Shown here: positions 29,562 to 39,029 of the stretch, in pieces
How the letters are laid out: every line of letters starts with the position of its first letter
How positions within the stretch are numbered: position 1 is the first letter of the stretch
DNA from: an uncultured delta proteobacterium
GTDB lineage: Bacteria > Desulfobacterota > RBG-13-43-22
Length of the DNA stretch: 64,000 nucleotides
Direction: 5' to 3'
NCBI GenBank assembly: GCA_963802945.1
Contig: CAWDKY010000015.1
Coordinates: 344,919-408,918 of the forward strand
Translations under genes and position numbers: made by a program
Notes under the pieces: model-generated
Databases searched by the model: none
What the model was told of the DNA's origin: nothing
Seen by the model: the letters and a program-made list of their open reading frames with translations, nothing else

Positions 29562-30581
29562 ATGATTATCATTTTAAAACCCACGGCCCATAAAAAGGAT
29601 GCCGATGAAATCATCGCCCAGATCGCCAGGCTGGGCCTGAAGCCGCTTTATTTGCCGGGAACGGAACGGACGGTTTTGGGTGCAATCGGTGACGAGAGGG
29701 TCCTGGCCGGCCTGCATCTTGAAAGTCATCCGCTGGTCGAGCGCATCACCCCGATCCTGACACCCTACAAAATGGTGAGCCGCGATATCCACCCGGAGAA
29801 TTCGGTGGTTGAAATCGGTCAGGTTCAGGTGGGTGGAAAACCGTTTGTGGTGATTGCCGGCCCCTGTGCCGTGGAAACAAGAGAACAGATGATGGCCACC
29901 GCCCAGGCGGTCAAGAAAGCCGGAGCTCACTGCCTGCGGGGCGGGGCTTTCAAACCGAGGTCCAGTCCATACAGCTTTCAGGGATTGGGGGTCAAAGGCC
30001 TACGTATCCTCAAAGAAGCCGGGGAAAAGACCGGGCTGGCCATCACGACCGAGGTTGTTGAGGCAGGGGATGTCCCTATGGTGGAACGCTATGCCGATGC
30101 CTTTCAGGTCGGTGCCCGCAACATGCAGAATTTTCGCCTGCTGACCAAGTTGGGCCAATGCCGAAAACCGGTGATCTTAAAACGCGGGATGGCGGCCACC
30201 GTGGAAGACCTGCTTCTGGCGGCGGAGTACATCGTTTCTGAAGGAAATCCCAAGGTCATCCTTTGCGAACGAGGCATTCGCACTTTTGAAACCGCCACGC
30301 GCAATACGTTGGATTTGAACGCCGTCCCTTTTCTTAAACAGAAAACGCATCTTCCGGTCATCGTGGATCCCTCCCACGGTACAGGTGTTCGAGACTTCGT
30401 GGCCCCAATGGCCAAGGCTGCGGCGGCCTGTGGTGCGGACGGACTTTTGATCGAGGTTCATTGCAATCCCAAAGAGGCCCTTTCCGACGGACAGCAATCC
30501 CTTTATCCCGAACAGTTTTCACGCTTGATGAAAGAGTTGCGCCCATTTGTTAAAGCAGCGGGGCGTGAACTCAATGTCTAA
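29562..30581 (+). CDS. 3-deoxy-7-phosphoheptulonate (DAHP) synthase, type I-beta with N-terminal regulatory domain
   Basis: 339 aa with VIAGPCAVE, LRGGAFKPRSSPYSFQGLG, KRG and DPSHG motifs. The first ~70 aa form a ferredoxin-like extension. Confidence 0.9.
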   Translation: MIIILKPTAHKKDADEIIAQIARLGLKPLYLPGTERTVLGAIGDERVLAGLHLESHPLVERITPILTPYKMVSRDIHPENSVVEIGQVQVGGKPFVVIAGPCAVETREQMMATAQAVKKAGAHCLRGGAFKPRSSPYSFQGLGVKGLRILKEAGEKTGLAITTEVVEAGDVPMVERYADAFQVGARNMQNFRLLTKLGQCRKPVILKRGMAATVEDLLLAAEYIVSEGNPKVILCERGIRTFETATRNTLDLNAVPFLKQKTHLPVIVDPSHGTGVRDFVAPMAKAAAACGADGLLIEVHCNPKEALSDGQQSLYPEQFSRLMKELRPFVKAAGRELNV

Positions 30582-31377
30582 CGGCATGTCGGTTATTACG
30601 CTAAGCACGGATTTTGGCTGGGATGATCCTTATGTGGGGGTCATGAAAGGGGTAATCTTGGGGATCAATCCTCGGGTCCATTTGGTGGATCTGACCCATG
30701 CCCTGTCCCATCACCACCTCCTGGAAGCGGCCTTTATTCTTAATACGGCTTATCCCTATTTCCCCAGGGGAACCATCCATCTGGCGGTAGTCGATCCGGG
30801 GGTCGGAGGAGAGCGGCGGCTTATTGCCATCCAGGCGAAAGATGCTGTTTGGGTCGGGCCGGACAACGGGCTTTTTACCCTGGTGATGAAAAACAGGCCG
30901 GAAGCAATCATAGTCCACCTGAATAACACCACTTTTTTTTTGAAAACGATTTCCTCCACCTTTCATGGCCGTGACATTTTAGCTCCGGCAGCGGCTCATC
31001 TCAGTTTGGGTGTTCCGATTACCAAATTAGGGAAAACGATATCGGATCCATTTTTACTTACTATTTCGGACCCGGAGATTAAAGACAACCGACTGATCGG
31101 CCGGGTCATCTGGAGCGATCACTTCGGCAACCTGATTACCAACATCAGTCGAGAAACCATTCTTCCCTTTTTGTCCGGTCCGGGTTTAAAAATTATTTTA
31201 GGATCCCACACTATTAACGAAATACACCAAACCTACTCCCAGGGCCGACCAGGCCAATTGATGGCCTTGATCGGCAGCAGCGGCTATCTGGAAATCGTCT
31301 GTAATCTGGGCAGTGCTGCAGAAAAAATGGGGCTACAGTCCGTGGTAGGTTTGAAGGTCGAAGTTCTCGCTTCCTGA
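30574..31377 (+). CDS. SAM hydrolase / SAM-dependent halogenase family protein (DUF62)
   Basis: ITLSTDFG..DPYVG.MKGVI and HLAVVDPGVG are present. I placed the start at ATG 30574, which overlaps the DAHP synthase stop. ATG at 30586 is also possible. Confidence 0.8.
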   Translation: MSNGMSVITLSTDFGWDDPYVGVMKGVILGINPRVHLVDLTHALSHHHLLEAAFILNTAYPYFPRGTIHLAVVDPGVGGERRLIAIQAKDAVWVGPDNGLFTLVMKNRPEAIIVHLNNTTFFLKTISSTFHGRDILAPAAAHLSLGVPITKLGKTISDPFLLTISDPEIKDNRLIGRVIWSDHFGNLITNISRETILPFLSGPGLKIILGSHTINEIHQTYSQGRPGQLMALIGSSGYLEIVCNLGSAAEKMGLQSVVGLKVEVLAS

Positions 31378-31438
31378 AATTTATTGTGGGTGCAGCAAGG
31401 AAACGACATTCTGCCTTATGTGAATAGTTTTTATTCCT

Positions 31439-31552
31439 GGACTCCGGCTGGAGTCTATCCCGCATGGGATGCGGGACCGGAGTGACGAATATTAGGAAGT
31501 TTTCTGTCGTCATTCCGGGCTTGACTAAGCCTGCCCCGTACTTGATACGGGG
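31439..31552 (+). repeat. Cluster of short GC-rich hairpins in a convergent intergenic region
   Basis: GACTCC-GGCT-GGAGTC, CCCGCAT-GGG-ATGCGGG (31459-31475), the outer pair ACTCCGG/CCGGAGT, and CCCCGTA-CTTGA-TACGGGG (31534-31552). Confidence 0.5.
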
Positions 31553-31607
31553 GAATCCAGTGACTTTATGTTAATTCTATTTTGAAAATCTTTTAATAGT
31601 ATGGTTT

Positions 31608-33035
31608 TCAGCTTTTCCTTCTTCGATAATAACCGGCGAGTTTTTTGGCTGCCTTGGCCGCGCGGCCGATCGAAGGAAAATAAGGAATGCCCTTGGCCAG
31701 AAGCTTGGTCCTGATCTCGTAGATGATTTTCCAGTTCCAATCCGCATAGTGGTCGATGCCTGGGCATCGATCCGGAACGATGGTCATCACCGGCTTTGGT
31801 TTGCAGTTCTCGATATGATATTCTCCCAGGTAATCATCGGCCGTCTTTCCCTTATATCTCTCATGATGAGGTTCACCGAACATGACGATCAGCAGATCGA
31901 ATTGCTCATTTTTGGCCATCAAGGCCAGCAACTCGCTGTGGTCGAATTTGGCATCCTCCCCTCTGATCGAATGGTCTACCGGATTGCCGATCCAGTCCCA
32001 GATACTGATCCCCTGGCTTTTAAGCTCCTCCCGAATCTCCGGCGGGATAGGGATCACATCCAGACCTGCTGCCTCACATTGATCCGCCGCCAACACGCTG
32101 GCGCCGCCGGCCCCCCCCATCACTCCGACTTGAAGACCTCTGATCGGCGGCAAGTAGTGGAAAGCGACGGCCAGGTCAATGAATTCCTCCATGCTGTCCG
32201 CGGAAACTGCCCCGGCTTGCGCCAAAGCAACTTCCAATAAATCGGCGGACCCGGCCAAAGAGGCGGTGTGGGAAGCGACGGCCCTGGCCCCTGATTGTCC
32301 CCGACCGCCCTTCAATATCACCACCGGCTTTTGGGCTGCTGCCTGACGAAGGGAATCGAAAAACCGGCGGCCTTCTCTCAGCCCTTCAACATACATCAAG
32401 ATCAGCTTGGTCTCCGGGTCCTGGGCCAGGTAGTCCAAGAAATCACACTCATTGAAATCCAGGGCGTTTCCATAGCTGATCGCTTTGCTGAAAAAAAGGC
32501 CTCTCAGGGCGGCCGAACGAACGATCTCTTCTACCGCTTGACCGCTCTGGGAGATCAGTCCCACGGGACCATAATTTTCATGAGGCATGGCATCACTAAA
32601 AGAAATGCCCAATCTCGGGAAAAAGAGACCCATACAATTCGGGCCGATAAGACGTATACCGTATCCCCTGGCCAATTTCAGTACTTCCTGCTCCAGTTGG
32701 GCAGCATCCGACCGGCCGGTTTCGCTGAAGCGGGCGGTAAAAAGGTGAATAATTTTTACTCCATTGTGAGAGCAATCCTTGATCATGGCCGGCACCAGCG
32801 GTGCCGACACGGCGGAGATCACATAGTCCACCGGATCGGGAATGTCTTTTACGGTAGCATAGGCCTTCAGTCCCAGAATTTCAGAGTACTTGGGGTTCAC
32901 CGGATAAATATTCCCTCGATAGCCATATTTCAGAAGCGCATCCGTAAAATTATATCCTGCAGTTTGGGGATTGTTGGAGGCGCCGACTACGGCAATGGAT
33001 CGAGGGTTGAAAAGCTCTTCGATAGGATGTGACAA
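31608..33035 (-). CDS. ADP-forming acyl-CoA synthetase alpha-like protein, copy 2
   Basis: 475 aa with the same motif set as 25869-27338 (IAVVGAS, LIGPNCMG, SQSG, HTASLAGS). Confidence 0.8.
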   Translation of the reverse strand: MSHPIEELFNPRSIAVVGASNNPQTAGYNFTDALLKYGYRGNIYPVNPKYSEILGLKAYATVKDIPDPVDYVISAVSAPLVPAMIKDCSHNGVKIIHLFTARFSETGRSDAAQLEQEVLKLARGYGIRLIGPNCMGLFFPRLGISFSDAMPHENYGPVGLISQSGQAVEEIVRSAALRGLFFSKAISYGNALDFNECDFLDYLAQDPETKLILMYVEGLREGRRFFDSLRQAAAQKPVVILKGGRGQSGARAVASHTASLAGSADLLEVALAQAGAVSADSMEEFIDLAVAFHYLPPIRGLQVGVMGGAGGASVLAADQCEAAGLDVIPIPPEIREELKSQGISIWDWIGNPVDHSIRGEDAKFDHSELLALMAKNEQFDLLIVMFGEPHHERYKGKTADDYLGEYHIENCKPKPVMTIVPDRCPGIDHYADWNWKIIYEIRTKLLAKGIPYFPSIGRAAKAAKKLAGYYRRRKS

Positions 33036-33293
33036 GAATGGACCTCCTCAATTAATTCCACTTTATCGTTGGGTTGGATATGGAATGTTTTGATGGGATA
33101 TTTCTTCTGATAAATAAAATATAGGTGAAGGGGATTTTGTAAGTCAAGACAATTTTACCGGACGGAAAGCGGTTTCCCATAGACTCCAGTGGACATCCCA
33201 AACGGAATCTCATTTATTTACAGGTAACTTTATGTTATAATTTTAGTATACCGCAAGTGCGGCTTAATCTAACCAATACAGATTGAAATCACT

Positions 33294-34286
33294 TTGAAAG
33301 CAAAAGGGAAATATGTTGGAATAACCTCCACCGTTCCGGTGGAAATCCTCTTTGCGGCCGGCTTAATCCCGGTGGATTTGAATAATATTTTTATCACCTC
33401 CCCACAGGCGTCGGTCTGGGTGGATGAAGCCGAAGAAAAGGGCTTCCCCCGAACTCTGTGCAGTTGGATCAAAGGTATTTATTCCGCCCTTCAATATTGG
33501 CCTGAAATTAAAACCGTTATCGCCGTTACCCAGGGGGATTGCAGTAATACTCAGGCCCTGACTGAAATCCTGGATCATCAGGGGACCCAGGTTATCCACT
33601 TTAATTATCCCTATGATCGGAGCCCCCAGGTCATTAGAAAAAACATTGAGGAACTGATGGCCACCTTCGGGGTATCCTGGCCGAAAGTGATCGGGGCACA
33701 AAAACGAATAAAGGGCATTCGGGAAAAACTCCTATGGCTGGATAAGGCAACCTGGGAAGGCAACCGAGTCCACGGCTGGGAAAACCATCTTTTTTTAGTC
33801 AACAGTTCAGACTTCAAAGGGAATTTAAATTTTTATGAAGAAGAGTTGACCGACTTTTTAGAAACCCTGGCTCTTCGATCTAAAATAAGGGAATCGGTTC
33901 GTCTGGGGTACATCGGTATCCCGCCCATACAATCCGGGCTTTATGAATTTGTTGAACAATGCGGCGGCCGGGTGGTATTCAATGAAATTCAGCGTCAGTT
34001 CAGTATGCCCCATTATAAGCAAAACCTGATCAGTCAATATCTGGCCTACACTTATCCCTATGACATCTTCGGGCGGATAAAAGATATTGAAGCAGCGATT
34101 CGGGTGCGACAATTGGACGGTTTGATCCACTACACCCAGACCTTTTGCTTTCGGCAGGTTCAAGACCTTTTGATCCGGAAGCATCTTTCCATTCCCATCC
34201 TGACTCTGGAGGGAGATAAACCAAGACCTATCGATAACCGCACCAAATTTCGTATCGAGGCCTTTATTGATGTGCTGAGGAAATAA
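33294..34286 (+). CDS. 2-hydroxyacyl-CoA dehydratase / benzoyl-CoA reductase subunit family (HGD-D) protein, single subunit
   Basis: 330 aa with VGITSTVPVEI..AAG..P, C.W.K and Q.DCSN segments typical of the family. The start is a TTG and is uncertain. Confidence 0.7.
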   Translation: MKAKGKYVGITSTVPVEILFAAGLIPVDLNNIFITSPQASVWVDEAEEKGFPRTLCSWIKGIYSALQYWPEIKTVIAVTQGDCSNTQALTEILDHQGTQVIHFNYPYDRSPQVIRKNIEELMATFGVSWPKVIGAQKRIKGIREKLLWLDKATWEGNRVHGWENHLFLVNSSDFKGNLNFYEEELTDFLETLALRSKIRESVRLGYIGIPPIQSGLYEFVEQCGGRVVFNEIQRQFSMPHYKQNLISQYLAYTYPYDIFGRIKDIEAAIRVRQLDGLIHYTQTFCFRQVQDLLIRKHLSIPILTLEGDKPRPIDNRTKFRIEAFIDVLRK

Positions 34287-34287
34287 T

Positions 34288-35103
34288 ATGCCGATTGGAA
34301 TAGACCTGGGAAGCCGATTTGTCAAGATCATCCAGACCCATGATTTTAGGGCCTTCCATAAAATCCGTCTCGACACGGTTGGGTTTCTAACTCAAAGAAT
34401 AAAAACAGGGCCGAAAAAAACCGATCCATTCCTGGCCCTGAAGGATTTGGGATTCCGACCTGAAAAATCCCTGGTGGTAACCGGCTATGGCAAACACCTT
34501 GCGGGTAAAAAGATAAAAGCCATCACCGAGATCCGGGCTCATTTTCGCGGCGCCTGTTTCCAAACCGGCTTGACAGATTTTATTTTAGTCGAAATGGGCG
34601 GTCAGGACAGCAAGGTCCTTTGGGTTCAGGACAAAAAGGTTATGGATTTTCAGACCAATGATAAATGTGCGGCTGGAACCGGCCGCTATCTGGAGAATAT
34701 GGGCCGGTTGTTGAACCTGAGCTTAAAAAAGCTTTCTCAGGAAACCGAAGACCCGGTGGCGATCAACAATACCTGTGCGATTTTTGGAGAGAGCGAGATC
34801 ATCGGATTTCTTATGGAACAGGTGCCGGTAAAAAAGATTTGTGCCGGCATCAATGATTCCATTGCCCGACGGATCATCCAGATGATCCGCCGCTACCCCA
34901 CCATGCCTCTGGTTCTTTGCGGCGGCGTGGCTTTAAATAAGGGAGTGGTGACCCTGCTTTCCCGCCGCTATGGTCGATCGATCATTACCCCTAAAGAGCC
35001 CCAGTTTAATGGGGCCATCGGCTGTTGTCTGGAAGGAATTTCCATAGAAGAAATTTATAAATTGGCTGGGAAAGGTAGGAACTGTGGTCACAATAATGGT
35101 TAG
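34288..35103 (+). CDS. BadF/BadG/BcrA/BcrD-type ATPase, dehydratase activase (HgdC-like)
   Basis: GIDLGSRFVK, TGYG, NDKCAAGTGR and CAIFGESE (cluster-bridging Cys) are present, with GG.ALN near the C-terminus. Confidence 0.85.
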   Translation: MPIGIDLGSRFVKIIQTHDFRAFHKIRLDTVGFLTQRIKTGPKKTDPFLALKDLGFRPEKSLVVTGYGKHLAGKKIKAITEIRAHFRGACFQTGLTDFILVEMGGQDSKVLWVQDKKVMDFQTNDKCAAGTGRYLENMGRLLNLSLKKLSQETEDPVAINNTCAIFGESEIIGFLMEQVPVKKICAGINDSIARRIIQMIRRYPTMPLVLCGGVALNKGVVTLLSRRYGRSIITPKEPQFNGAIGCCLEGISIEEIYKLAGKGRNCGHNNG

Positions 35104-35302
35104 TTACTTCGGCCCGATCCAGGGTTCATCGGTTGTATCGTTCAACGGCGTATCTGCTACGGTCTCCTCGTGGTCGGGAGCCACGATTAAGTGCAAAGTT
35201 CCAACTGGTGCCTCTACCGGACCTGTGGTGGTGACGACTTCTGTTGGCCCATCCAATAGAAAAAAAATTACCGTGACAAGGTCAATAAAGAATAAGCTAT
35301 AA
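35084..35302 (+). pseudogene. Isolated IPT/TIG-domain fragment
   Basis: GSSVVSFNGVSATVSSWSGATIKCKVPTGASTGPVVVTT is a typical single IPT/TIG beta-sandwich segment. It has no signal peptide or partner domains, and it overlaps the activase 3' end. Confidence 0.4.
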
Positions 35303-35377
35303 CAAATCGAGAAGGAATGGCTGTAATGGCTATCCTTTCCCGTGTTTTATTACACAGAAAACTCTTTCACCCAGGTA

Positions 35378-35450
35378 GTGGTTCTGCTTTTTTTTGCACA
35401 TTTCAATCCGTAATCGTTAACTTTTGGAATGACCTCTTTAGAATAGTTGT
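35378..35450 (+). repeat. Dispersed repeat family B, copy 2
   Basis: GGTTCTGCTTTTTTTTGCACATTTCAATCCGTAATCGTTAACTTTTGGAATGACCTCTTTAGAATAGTTGTAG is near-identical to the reverse complement of 22110-22185. Confidence 0.55.
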
Positions 35451-35608
35451 AGATACCTTTAAATCCGGTTCTGCATAGTCCCGTTTTCTTAAAAAGACGC
35501 CTTCCACCCCCTTGCCTTTTGCCCTGTTTTTCTCCTTGATCCTTCCTTTTTTTTTATACTCTTTCCTATCAAAAGCAAAGTTTTACAAATTTTTAAAGGA
35601 GGCCCAAC

Positions 35609-35863
35609 ATGTTTTCACCAAAAAGCATTCTGGTACCCACAGATTTTTCCGTATATTCGGACAAGGCACTACAAAACGCAATAGACATCGCCAAACAATT
35701 CACAGGCAAGATCTATCTATTACATGTGGTCGGAACAGTCATTCAGTACATGGCCTATTATGAGATTGATTCACAAACCGTTAATTTGGTGGAAAAGGAA
35801 AATATCGCTGCGGCCAAAATTCGATTGACAAACAAGAACGTCCTTCATATACTCCCCCACTAA
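35609..35863 (+). CDS. Universal stress protein (UspA family), truncated to about the N-terminal half
   Basis: SILVPTDFSVYSDKAL..A.DIAK....K.YLLHVV with RBS AAAGGAGG. It is 84 aa, compared with about 140-150 aa for the family. Confidence 0.6.
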   Translation: MFSPKSILVPTDFSVYSDKALQNAIDIAKQFTGKIYLLHVVGTVIQYMAYYEIDSQTVNLVEKENIAAAKIRLTNKNVLHILPH

Positions 35864-35915
35864 AAAGCAATGTCTTATCACTACCCTGCCAATTTTTTCG
35901 ACGGAGAATCAACAC

Positions 35916-36971
35916 TTGAATATTGCAACCCGCATCCATGGAGTCGGTGCCTATATTCCCGAGCGTAAAATTACGAACGAAGATGTAATTGAAATGCTTC
36001 GCTTGGCAAGCGCCGCTTATCTGTCCCCCGAGGATCTGGTTAAATTGATCCAAAAAGCAAAATCAAACCTGGACAAAACCGGGAACAGCACACGTTATTG
36101 GTGCCGGGAAAACGAGTATTGCACGGATATCGCCCGGATCGCGGCCGAGCGGGCCCTCGATGACGCAGAAATTGATCCAAAAGATGTGGATCTGCTGATT
36201 TTTACGGGCATGTCCAAGGCTTTTGTCGAACCGGCCACCGGCCATGTGCTGCGCCACGAAATGGGCCTGGTCAATGCCAATGTGATCGATACCCAGGACG
36301 CTTGCACGAGCTTCATCAAATCGATGGAAATCGCCAATAGCCACATCAAATCCGGCGCCTATAAGACAGTATTGATTGCGGCCGGTGAACGCTCTTACGA
36401 CTGGGCGGATTTCACCTGTAAGACGATCGAAGACCTGGCCTGGAAGTTCGGGTCGCTGACGATTGGCGATGCCGCCGGTGCCATGGTGCTGCAATCCACC
36501 GACGATCCGGAGTATACGCAGGAAAACCGCCATATGCGGTTCTATTTTAAAATCGCCGATGGTACTTTCCAGACCTGTCACATCGGCCTCAATTACCGCT
36601 TTGGAACGCGCTACCGTCTCAATTCGCATTCATCGCGCTTGATCAATACCGGTTTGCAAATGGTGATGGAACTGTTGTTCGAAATATTGGAACAGGATTT
36701 ATGGAAGGACATTGAATACGACAACTTGTTCATCCACGACATCGGCAAGATCATTGACGACATGGTGTTGCCGATGATACGTCAGGCCAATATCTGCGTG
36801 CCCGACACCTATAAATCCTTCTTCCCCAAATATGGTAACATCGCTTCGGCCACCCTGCCGGTCAGCTTGTATCTGGCCAAGCAGGATGGTCGTCTGAAGC
36901 GGGGGAATTTGGTGGTCTACGTCTGTCCGTCGGCGGGCGTACAGGCGGGCGTTTCGGTGTTTCGTTATTGA
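35916..36971 (+). CDS. 3-oxoacyl-ACP synthase III (FabH/KAS III)-like condensing enzyme
   Basis: 351 aa with GVGAYIPER.ITN, DACTSF (active Cys) and GN..SA..P near the C-terminus. The start is TTG. Confidence 0.8.
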   Translation: MNIATRIHGVGAYIPERKITNEDVIEMLRLASAAYLSPEDLVKLIQKAKSNLDKTGNSTRYWCRENEYCTDIARIAAERALDDAEIDPKDVDLLIFTGMSKAFVEPATGHVLRHEMGLVNANVIDTQDACTSFIKSMEIANSHIKSGAYKTVLIAAGERSYDWADFTCKTIEDLAWKFGSLTIGDAAGAMVLQSTDDPEYTQENRHMRFYFKIADGTFQTCHIGLNYRFGTRYRLNSHSSRLINTGLQMVMELLFEILEQDLWKDIEYDNLFIHDIGKIIDDMVLPMIRQANICVPDTYKSFFPKYGNIASATLPVSLYLAKQDGRLKRGNLVVYVCPSAGVQAGVSVFRY

Positions 36972-37189
36972 TTTTCGTTCGCCATGGATCTTTGGTATTC
37001 CAGGGACATCCATGATAAGTAATGTCAAGGGAAAAATGAAGGTTTCCCCTGACCATCAGGAACAATAGTCTCCCGGTGGTTTATTTACAACAATCTGCCG
37101 TCACTTGATCTTTTTTTTCATAGTTTTGGGTCGACCTTGATCGATCAGGCGACCAGACATCTATTTGCTGTATCTGGGTCGGAGAGGGT

Positions 37190-37644
37190 TTGCTTTACAC
37201 CCTATCCGCAATGACCTTTACAGAAGATTGTGTTTGGGTCTACCCGCCGGCCTCGAAACATAATAATGGTTACATGACCCTGGGGGCCTATCTTTTGATG
37301 ATCTTGTTTATTTTACTCTGGACCATCCTGCTTGTTATTTCCGGCATTGTCGCCGCCTTTCCTATTCCCAGATCTTTTTCATATTGGCAGATAACCCTCA
37401 GATGACCGGTTCGGACAGCTTACGAAAAAGCAAGGCCATGATGAAAGGAAACCGTTGGAAGTTGTTTTGTCTTTTCTGGAGATTCTTTGGCTGGTTCCTG
37501 TTGGGAATCCTGAGCCTGGGAATAGGCTTCCTGTGGATCATGCCTTATCTGCAAACTACTTTAATCCGATTTTATGATGTTCTGAAGGCGGGAGAAGGGC
37601 TTCCGGCTACGGAAGGTGTTGTCTCTCAACCGGTCCAACCATAA
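37190..37644 (+). pseudogene. DUF975-like membrane protein, apparently frameshifted and short
   Basis: ORF 37384-37644 has ADNPQMTG..SLRKSKAMMKGNRWKLF...G.GFLW..PY. That frame extends upstream as YSQIFFIL without a start. The N-terminal TM part sits in ORF 37190-37405 in another frame, with the join near 37350-37365. Confidence 0.45.
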
Positions 37645-37655
37645 ACGATAAAAAA

Positions 37656-38837
37656 ATGATGTCCGAATATATTTCCCGGGTCAGTGTCTGCCGCTGTCCG
37701 GATTATCAACCAACCAACCTGACTATGGCGGTAGAGAAATGTTTATCCGCCCTGGAACCCCTCCCTTTGTCCTATGGTGCCCGGGTCCTGCTCAAACCCA
37801 ATTGCCTTTCGGCCGACCGGGGTCCTGACCAGCCGGTCAACACCCGGGTTGAGGTGATTGAGGCGGTCGGAGATTACCTGCGTAACCGTCATCAAGTCAA
37901 CCTGGTTATCGCCGATTCCTGTGGAATGGGATCTTACGGCAAGACCAAACGGGCCTATACACTCATGGGGCTGGATCAGGCGGCGGTGCACCTCAAGGCC
38001 GAATTAGTCAATCTGGAAGAACTTGGGCTGATTGAAATCCAAAGTCCTTCGGGCAGGATATTGCCTAAGTTCAAGGCCACGGCCTTGCTGGATCAAATCG
38101 ACATCATAGTCAACTTGCCCAAGTTAAAAACGCACTTACTGACCGGGATCAACGGAGCAATAAAAAATTATTTAGGTTTACTACCCGGTTCGCTCAAACG
38201 GGCCGTCCACTTAGCCGCACCCAGCGGCCCGGCCATGTCCCAAGCCCTGGTCGATATTTTCAGCGGGATAAGGGCTAAAGTCCCTTTGACCTTGAATCTC
38301 ATGGATGGGATCATCGCCATGGAAGGGATTGGCCCTGGCCACGGCCAGGCCAGGCAAACCGGCTGGCTTCTGGCTTCGACTGACCCAGTGGCCCTGGATG
38401 TCACTGCGGCAACTATCATGGGTTTTAATCCCACAAAGGTTAATATGATTATCCGGGCCGCCGAGGCCGGATTAGGAACAGCCGATTCCTCTCGAACCAG
38501 GCTTCTGGGCGCTTCCTGGCCTGAGCTGCCGGTCCCCGGTTTTCGACATCCCTTCACCAGGTCCCGTGAATGGGCTGAGAGGATGGTTCCCCCCTGGTTG
38601 TTCGGAAAGGTCCTTGAATGGCTGTCCGAAGCCAGACCCAAAATAAGGTCAGAACACTGCCGGCAATGCGGCCTGTGCGTCCAGGCCTGTCCGGCCCAGG
38701 CCTTAACGCTCTCCGAACAAGGATTAGCCCTCAATCAGGAACTGTGCATTGAGTGTTATTGTTGTCTAGAACATTGCCCTCATGAAGGGTTATGGGTCCC
38801 CCGGGGGTTTTTAGACAAGATACGAGTCAGAAATTGA
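37656..38837 (+). CDS. DUF362 domain protein with C-terminal 2x[4Fe-4S] ferredoxin domain
   Basis: 393 aa with LLKPN, NLPKLKTH and MDGI.AMEG.GP (DUF362 signatures), plus CRQCGLCVQACP and CIECYCCLEHCP. Confidence 0.8.
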   Translation: MMSEYISRVSVCRCPDYQPTNLTMAVEKCLSALEPLPLSYGARVLLKPNCLSADRGPDQPVNTRVEVIEAVGDYLRNRHQVNLVIADSCGMGSYGKTKRAYTLMGLDQAAVHLKAELVNLEELGLIEIQSPSGRILPKFKATALLDQIDIIVNLPKLKTHLLTGINGAIKNYLGLLPGSLKRAVHLAAPSGPAMSQALVDIFSGIRAKVPLTLNLMDGIIAMEGIGPGHGQARQTGWLLASTDPVALDVTAATIMGFNPTKVNMIIRAAEAGLGTADSSRTRLLGASWPELPVPGFRHPFTRSREWAERMVPPWLFGKVLEWLSEARPKIRSEHCRQCGLCVQACPAQALTLSEQGLALNQELCIECYCCLEHCPHEGLWVPRGFLDKIRVRN

Positions 38838-39029
38838 TTTTTTTAACTTTTTTTTATTTGGATAGTGAGGCCGCTAAAAACCGATTTGGGCATTTGATGC
38901 GCACCGGAACCCTAAAGAAGGAGAATGCGAGGCTTATCTCTGACACCCATGGGATCCCATTATATTAATTGATTTAGCCTTCCTGCCATAATTTAAGAAC
39001 TGCTTTTTTTAATCCGGATTTGTGGCAAT

